Assembly: GCA_050115495.1 (NCBI GenBank)
Contig: JASFQK010000004.1
Location: forward strand, 1-64,000
Origin: Phycisphaerae bacterium
Lineage (GTDB): Bacteria; Planctomycetota; Phycisphaerae; UBA1845; Fen-1342
Length of the DNA stretch: 64,000 nucleotides
Reading direction: 5' to 3'
Shown here: one piece after another, positions 58,835 through 64,000 of the stretch
Numbering within the stretch: position 1 is the stretch's first letter
Layout: the number at the start of each line of letters is the position of its first letter
Position numbers and translations under genes: made by a program
Notes under the pieces: generated by a model
The model's database searches: none
What the model saw: the letters and a program-made list of their open reading frames with translations, nothing else
What the model was told of the DNA's origin: nothing

Positions 58835-59566
58835 ATGCTTACCTCGCCAGATCCCGCCGCACAGGCGGGCAGCGAGCGCGGCCCGGTGACGGGCCGGGTC
58901 GGCGGCCCGGGCGCTGGTCGCCGTCGGTTCCGCACACAAGGAGTTGCCTTCTTGGCCCAATCCGCCGTACAGCGGTTCTACCGCTTTCATGCTCACGTGT
59001 ATGACAGCACCCGCTGGATGATCCTGCACGGACGAAAGCGGGCCGTGGAGCGGCTGGAGCTGCGCCCCAACAGCGAAGTTCTCGAAGTGGGTTGCGGCAC
59101 CGGTTTGAACTTCCGGCACGTGCTGTCCCGGCTCGATCCGGCGGCGGGACGGCTGACCGGGCTCGACTTCTCCGCGGACATGCTGGCCCAGGCCGCCAAG
59201 CGTCTCCAGGCGCGCGGCTGGAGCAACGTTGACCTCGTGCAGGCCGATGCTTCCGCGATGGATCTCGGCCGGCAGTTCGACGCCATTCTGTTCGCCTACA
59301 GCCTGACCATGATTCCTGACTGGGCCGCGTCGCTGGCCCGGGCGCGGGAGCACCTGCGGCCCGGCGGGCGGCTGGTTGTGCTCGATTTCGGCCGGTTCCA
59401 GAGGTGGGGGCCGGCGGGGGCGCTGATGCGCGGCTGGCTGCGCATGAACCACGTGGAGACGCTCCGCCCGTACGAATCCGGGATGCGCGAGCTGTTCCCC
59501 GACATGGAAGTGGGCTACTGGCTCGGGGGATACAACTTCACCGCCGTTGGACGGAGAAGCGCATGA
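58835..59566 (+). CDS. Class I SAM methyltransferase, BtaB-like
   Basis: VLEVGCGTG, DFSADML, YSLTMIPDW; translationally coupled to BtaA-like gene. Confidence 0.8.
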   Translation: MLTSPDPAAQAGSERGPVTGRVGGPGAGRRRFRTQGVAFLAQSAVQRFYRFHAHVYDSTRWMILHGRKRAVERLELRPNSEVLEVGCGTGLNFRHVLSRLDPAAGRLTGLDFSADMLAQAAKRLQARGWSNVDLVQADASAMDLGRQFDAILFAYSLTMIPDWAASLARAREHLRPGGRLVVLDFGRFQRWGPAGALMRGWLRMNHVETLRPYESGMRELFPDMEVGYWLGGYNFTAVGRRSA

Positions 59567-60777
59567 CCGTGGCTCCCGTGCTGGACATGCCCCTGCCGAC
59601 CAAGCGCAATCTGCTGGAGCGCATGGTCTTCCGCGGCATCGTCTTCAATATGTCGTGGGAAGACCCAGAGATGGACCGCCAGGCGTTCAAGCTGACGTCT
59701 GAGGACACGGTCATCTCGATCAGCTCCGCCGGCTGCAACCCGCTGAACTTCCTCTGCCAGAGCCCGAAGAAGCTGATCTCCATCGACGGCAACCCGGCGC
59801 AGAACGCGATCCTCGAGCTGAAGCTCGCGGCGCTGAAGACGCTCGACTACGAGACGTTCTTCGACATCTTCGCGGCCCGGCGGCCGAACGTGATCACCCG
59901 CGTGTACCGGGGGCGCCTGCGGCCGCTGCTGTCGCAGACCTCCCGCGATTTCTGGGACAAGCGGTTGTGGATGATCGCCCGCGACCTGTACCAGTTCGGC
60001 GGCATGGGCCTGTTCTGCCGGATCCTGCGCCGCTTCCTGACGATGCTCGGCATCAAGCGCCAGCACGTCGAGCGGTTCTTCGAGCTGCGCTCGCTGGAAG
60101 AGCAGACGGCCTGGTACTACAAGTTTGCGGCGCCCAAGCTGTGGGGGCCGTGGTCGCGGCGCTTCGTCCAGTTCCGCCCCTTCATGTACCTGGCCGGCGT
60201 GCACCCGAACCAGTTCCGCCTGGTCGACGGGCGGCACGACATGTACGAATACGTCAAGGAGCGCGTCGAGTACGTCCTGACGCGCGTGCCGGTCTACGAC
60301 AACTACTTCCTCAGCCAGGCCGTCACCGGTCGCTTCCGTGGCTCGCGCGTGCCGCCCTACCTGCTCGAAGAGAACTTCGACACCCTGCGGCGGAACCTCG
60401 ACCGCGTGCAGATCGTCAACGGCTGGCTGGGTCCCTATCTCGATACGTTGCCGGCGGGCTCGATCACCCGCTTCAATCTGCTCGACATCTTCGACTGGAT
60501 GTCGCCGGAGGTCTTCGAAGCCACGTTGAAGAGCGTCCTGCGGGCGGCGGCCCCCGGGGCGATCATGATCTACCGGTCGGGCAGCTATCGGCTGGACCCC
60601 CCGCCCTCGATTCTGCCTCACGTGGAGCAGCACACGGAACTGGCCCGCCGCCTGCTGGCCATCGACCGCTCCGCGACCTACGGCAGCTTCTACATTCTCT
60701 CGGTCAAGGACAACGGCAACGGCAACGGTAACGGCCGGGTGGGGGGCCTGAACCCGGGTCGGGCCACTGTCGATTGA
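59563..60777 (+). CDS. btaA: BtaA-like (DUF3419) SAM:diacylglycerol 3-amino-3-carboxypropyl transferase
   Basis: WEDPEMD, ISSAGCN, DGNPAQNAILELK, NYF, PPYL, DIFDWM, DRSATYGSF. Confidence 0.8.
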   Translation: MTVAPVLDMPLPTKRNLLERMVFRGIVFNMSWEDPEMDRQAFKLTSEDTVISISSAGCNPLNFLCQSPKKLISIDGNPAQNAILELKLAALKTLDYETFFDIFAARRPNVITRVYRGRLRPLLSQTSRDFWDKRLWMIARDLYQFGGMGLFCRILRRFLTMLGIKRQHVERFFELRSLEEQTAWYYKFAAPKLWGPWSRRFVQFRPFMYLAGVHPNQFRLVDGRHDMYEYVKERVEYVLTRVPVYDNYFLSQAVTGRFRGSRVPPYLLEENFDTLRRNLDRVQIVNGWLGPYLDTLPAGSITRFNLLDIFDWMSPEVFEATLKSVLRAAAPGAIMIYRSGSYRLDPPPSILPHVEQHTELARRLLAIDRSATYGSFYILSVKDNGNGNGNGRVGGLNPGRATVD

Positions 60778-60904
60778 TTTCGCCGGCGGCTGACCCTATC
60801 GTACGAAAGACCCCGTGCGGAGCCGGCGGGGCCGGGCGTCCGGGTCGCTCGGACCGGGCCCGTAGGTCGTCCGAAACGCCTCGTGGCGCGGCGCGGAAGC
60901 AGTC

Positions 60905-61738
60905 ATGCAAGAGCCCATTTTCGCTGTTATCAGCGATATTCATTCCAATCTAGAGGCCCTGCAAGCCGTTCTGAACGACATCGAGCGCCGCGGTGTCCGT
61001 GAGATCGTCTGCCTGGGGGATATCGTCGGCTACGGCCCGAACCCCAAGGAGTGCCTCGATCTCGTGCGGCAGCGCTGCCGCATCGCCCTCATGGGTAACC
61101 ACGATCACGCCGTCCTGTTCGAGCCGTGCAATTTCAACCTGCCGGCGGAGCGGGCGTGCTACTGGACGCGGCAGTTGTTCGAGCAGGAGGCTGATCACAA
61201 GCTGCGCAACGAGCGCTGGGCGTTTCTCGGTGCGCTGCCCGTCCGCCAGCAGTCGGCGGACATCCTCTTCGTGCACGCCTCGCCCCGCCGCCCGATCAAC
61301 GAGTACATCTTCCCCGAGGACGTCTTCACCAACCCGCAGAAGGTGATGGCGAACTTCGAGCGGCTCGACCGCCGGTTGTGCTTCGTCGGCCACACGCACC
61401 AGCCGGGCGTGTTCCTCGACGATCCGTATTTCGACCCGCCGAACGAGCTAGCCGACGCCCCGTTCTTCGAGGTCGAGGACGAGCGGGCGATCATCAACGT
61501 GGGCAGCGTGGGCCAGCCGCGCGACCGCGATCCCCGGGCCAGCTACGCCCTGGTGACCCGACGGCCGGATGCCCTCGGCGACTCAGCGGAGAGCCTGGTG
61601 GCGGCGGCGCTCAGTTGCAGCATCGAGCAGGTCGAGTTCGTGCGGCTCGAGTATGACCTTGAGACGACCGTGCAGAAGATCCTCGCCGAGCCGGCCCTTG
61701 ACGACCTGCTAGGCACCCGCCTCTACGAAGGCCGCTAA
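60905..61738 (+). CDS. Calcineurin-like metallophosphoesterase
   Basis: SDIHSN, GDIVGYG, GNHD, VGHTH, NVGSVGQPRD. Confidence 0.92.
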   Translation: MQEPIFAVISDIHSNLEALQAVLNDIERRGVREIVCLGDIVGYGPNPKECLDLVRQRCRIALMGNHDHAVLFEPCNFNLPAERACYWTRQLFEQEADHKLRNERWAFLGALPVRQQSADILFVHASPRRPINEYIFPEDVFTNPQKVMANFERLDRRLCFVGHTHQPGVFLDDPYFDPPNELADAPFFEVEDERAIINVGSVGQPRDRDPRASYALVTRRPDALGDSAESLVAAALSCSIEQVEFVRLEYDLETTVQKILAEPALDDLLGTRLYEGR

Positions 61739-61842
61739 TCACACGCACCATCCGGACTCCGCGTGTAGCGTTCGGGCTCTGCGCCGGACGTTTGGTGGTG
61801 TCGGCCTTGCGTGGCCGCCGTCGAACGCGGAGGAACGTTCCA

Positions 61843-61975
61843 GTGTGCCACTGCTCTTGAGCAGTGCGCCTCGCCGGGCGTGGGAGTGGACGTTTCTCGA
61901 CCATCTGACGACACGCGTGGCTGGACGGACGCCGGTTGCGCTATCTGGCCGCACTGCTCAAGAGCAGTGGCACAC
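61843..61975. repeat. Inverted REP pair (REPIN-like)
   Basis: GTGTGCCACTGCTCTTGAGCAGTGCG (61843-61868) and exact reverse complement (61950-61975), 81-nt spacer. Confidence 0.85.
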
Positions 61976-62298
61976 CGGGAGCGTAACGGCAGACGGGTGA
62001 AGGATTTACGAACGGTGGTGGCATCCGCGGTTGGACGCGCGCGCCAGGCCGCGCAATATGTTTAATAGGCCGCAACGTGCAATAAGTGCAGTAAGACTTC
62101 GTGAAAATAAGAAAACGACATCTCACTGGTGTCTGCCGCCCGTCGTCCCCTCTTCGTTGGACGAACGCCTGTTGGATGTCCCCCAAGAAAGGGATCGCGG
62201 CCGGCGACGTGCGTCAGTGTGCCTGCCCTCGTGGGCAGCGCATGACAGCTCCATCGACGGCCGCGATCGTCATGAACCGGTTGTGTGGCCTATTCCGG

Positions 62299-62886
62299 CT
62301 ACCGCCGGCGGAGCGCCAGGGCGCCCAGGCCCAGCAGCAGAAGGCTGGCCGGCTCGGGCGTGAGGACCGCGCCGTCGAACCAGATGTCGTACAGATTGAC
62401 GTCCTCGGGTGGCACCAGGTCGTTCACGTCGGCCATCCGCACTATGATGTTCGCGCCGATCTCCGCGCCGCCATCGACGGTGTACGACACGCCGTCGAGT
62501 TCCTGCCAGGCGTCGACGCCGGTGACGTCGTAGTGGGCCGAGGCGAGTGGAATGAAGCCGTTGCCGTCATCCCAGCCGATCTGGAAGCGGGCGATACCGG
62601 TGCGGTTGCCGCCACCGATGGCCCAGCCCCAGAAGTCGTAGGTGACGCCGTCCATGAAGACAGCGGTCGTGGTCTGCTGGATCTTGCGGTCGAGGACACC
62701 CATGGCCTCGGCGTTGAACCAGTCACCGAGGGTCTCGTTGCCGGGGGCGCCGTAGACGCCGTGCTCGTAGACGCCGCCGCCAACCCAGGGGGCGAGGCCG
62801 GTTTCAAACCCGGGGTTTTCGAGGAGGTTCGCGTTCGCCGCCGCCGCCAGCATCAGGCCCGCGACGAGTACACAAATGATGCGCAT
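62299..62886 (-). CDS. PEP-CTERM sorting domain protein, carbohydrate-binding-like fold
   Basis: Signal peptide, NLLENPGFETG, C-terminal TPEPASLLLLGLGALALRRR. Confidence 0.92.
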   Translation of the reverse strand: MRIICVLVAGLMLAAAANANLLENPGFETGLAPWVGGGVYEHGVYGAPGNETLGDWFNAEAMGVLDRKIQQTTTAVFMDGVTYDFWGWAIGGGNRTGIARFQIGWDDGNGFIPLASAHYDVTGVDAWQELDGVSYTVDGGAEIGANIIVRMADVNDLVPPEDVNLYDIWFDGAVLTPEPASLLLLGLGALALRRR

Positions 62887-63204
62887 TGCAGTCCTTCCTT
62901 ACTCCGCCCCCTGGCCACAGGTTGATCATATGCGACCGGCTGGAACCAAACAGATTCCGAACCTTTCGCCCATCACAACGACCCGCACATTCTAACCCGC
63001 GCGGATGGGCAGGTCCAAGCGTTTGTGGATCCGAGTTGACTCCCGGAAACGCGCACGCCGCACTCGACGGACCAGCCCGAGACGGACGCCCGGTTGCAGC
63101 GCCCGCCTCGTACGCCGGCCACACGTGCCATTATGACACGAAGGGGGACGAGGGGCATGATTCATAACTATTTGTGAATGCTTAGCTTGCGTTGATTCAT
63201 CCGC

Positions 63205-63220
63205 TGGAACGGCGTGTGCA
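63205..63220 (+). promoter_or_regulatory. Sigma54 (-24/-12) promoter candidate for clpB
   Basis: TGGAACGGCGTGTGCA has GG-N10-GC; IHF-like site at 63165-63189. Confidence 0.55.
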
Positions 63221-63269
63221 ACAGGTGGCAATGGCCGGCGTACGCGCCGCCAGACGGGAGAGTCGAAGT

Positions 63270-64000
63270 ATGCAGATGGACCGTTTCACGATCAAGGCGG
63301 CGGAAGCCGTACAAAGCGCCCATAATCTCGCCCAGCGAGCCGGAAATCCGGAGATAACGGGTCTTCATTTACTCGCCACCCTCACCGCCCCCGAAACGGG
63401 CGGCAACGGCGGGATCGTTGTGCCCCTCCTGGAGAAGGCGGGGGTTCCCCTAAACCAGTTACGCTCCATGGTGGACGCCGAACTGAAACGCCTCCCGCAG
63501 CAGTCGGGCGGCTCGCTCGGCACGCACCGATCGTTCGTCGATGTTCTGAACGCCTCGGAGAAGGAAGCCGGGCGGATGAAGGACGAGTACATCTCGTCCG
63601 AGCATCTTCTGCTCGCCCTGACGACCGTCCCGGGCGAGGCGAAGGAGATTCTGAAGCTCAATGCGGCGACGCGGGATGACATCCTCGCTGCCCTGAAGAC
63701 CGTTCGCGGCGGGGCGAGCGTCACGACGCAAAACCCTGAGGACACGTACGAGCCGCTGAAGCGGTACGGCCGCGACCTGATCGAAGCCGCCCGGCAGGGC
63801 AAGTTGGATCCGGTCATCGGACGTGACGAGGAAATCCGCCGCTGCATGCAGGTCCTCGCCCGCCGAACGAAGAACAACCCCGTGCTCATCGGCGAGGCGG
63901 GCGTCGGCAAGACGGCAATCGTCGAGGGTCTCGCTCAGCGCATTCTCGCCGGTGATGTGCCGGAAGCGTTGAAGGGCAAGAAGCTGATCGGGCTCGACAT
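63270..64000 (+). CDS. clpB: ATP-dependent chaperone ClpB, 5' part (runs off the window)
   Basis: Manual translation [13 protein letters not shown]...[23 protein letters not shown]...[18 protein letters not shown]. Confidence 0.93.
   Translation, partial: MQMDRFTIKAAEAVQSAHNLAQRAGNPEITGLHLLATLTAPETGGNGGIVVPLLEKAGVPLNQLRSMVDAELKRLPQQSGGSLGTHRSFVDVLNASEKEAGRMKDEYISSEHLLLALTTVPGEAKEILKLNAATRDDILAALKTVRGGASVTTQNPEDTYEPLKRYGRDLIEAARQGKLDPVIGRDEEIRRCMQVLARRTKNNPVLIGEAGVGKTAIVEGLAQRILAGDVPEALKGKKLIGLD

Noticed and set aside
60711..60735. AACGGC tandem repeat
   Set aside because: Encodes an NGNGNG low-complexity tail; in-frame and unremarkable
61968..61983. Sigma54-like TGGCAC-N-GC
   Set aside because: Lies within the REP arm and lacks TTGC
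62045..62075. dif-like GCGCAATATGTTTAATAGG
   Set aside because: The XerD arm TTATGTTAAAT is not matched

Overview
GC-rich bacterial chromosomal window. PEP-CTERM and dockerin-like exoproteins, an ECF sigma/Ser-Thr kinase pair and zinc-ribbon membrane proteins suggest Planctomycetota, probably Phycisphaerae (inference). Bases 1-16600 are an accessory cell-surface island: the right end of an IS630-like element, four PEP-CTERM genes, one dockerin-tailed gene, two ECF sigma modules, and two paralogous ~415-aa proteins of a family I do not recognise. Each paralog has an N-terminal HTH-like segment, appears leaderless, and is transcribed divergently from a PEP-CTERM gene. The best novel-system candidate is this regulator family together with a gapless ~225-nt duplicated control cassette (tandem operator-like repeat, promoter, structured ~150-nt leader) upstream of two otherwise unrelated PEP-CTERM genes. 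The rest is mostly core genome: glgP, a phosphohexomutase, der, GH127, HU/IHF, hsp20-lon, HtrA, recA, nnrE, two cyclophilins, polX, an S9 peptidase, lptFG, tal, a CCA-type enzyme, rpsL-rpsG without fusA, a partner-switching trio, a btaB-btaA-like pair and the start of clpB. It also holds a REP-flanked RAYT, a REPIN of a second REP class and several structured intergenic RNA candidates. No rRNA, tRNA or CRISPR array was seen. All calls come from manual motif reading; no searches or folding programs were run.
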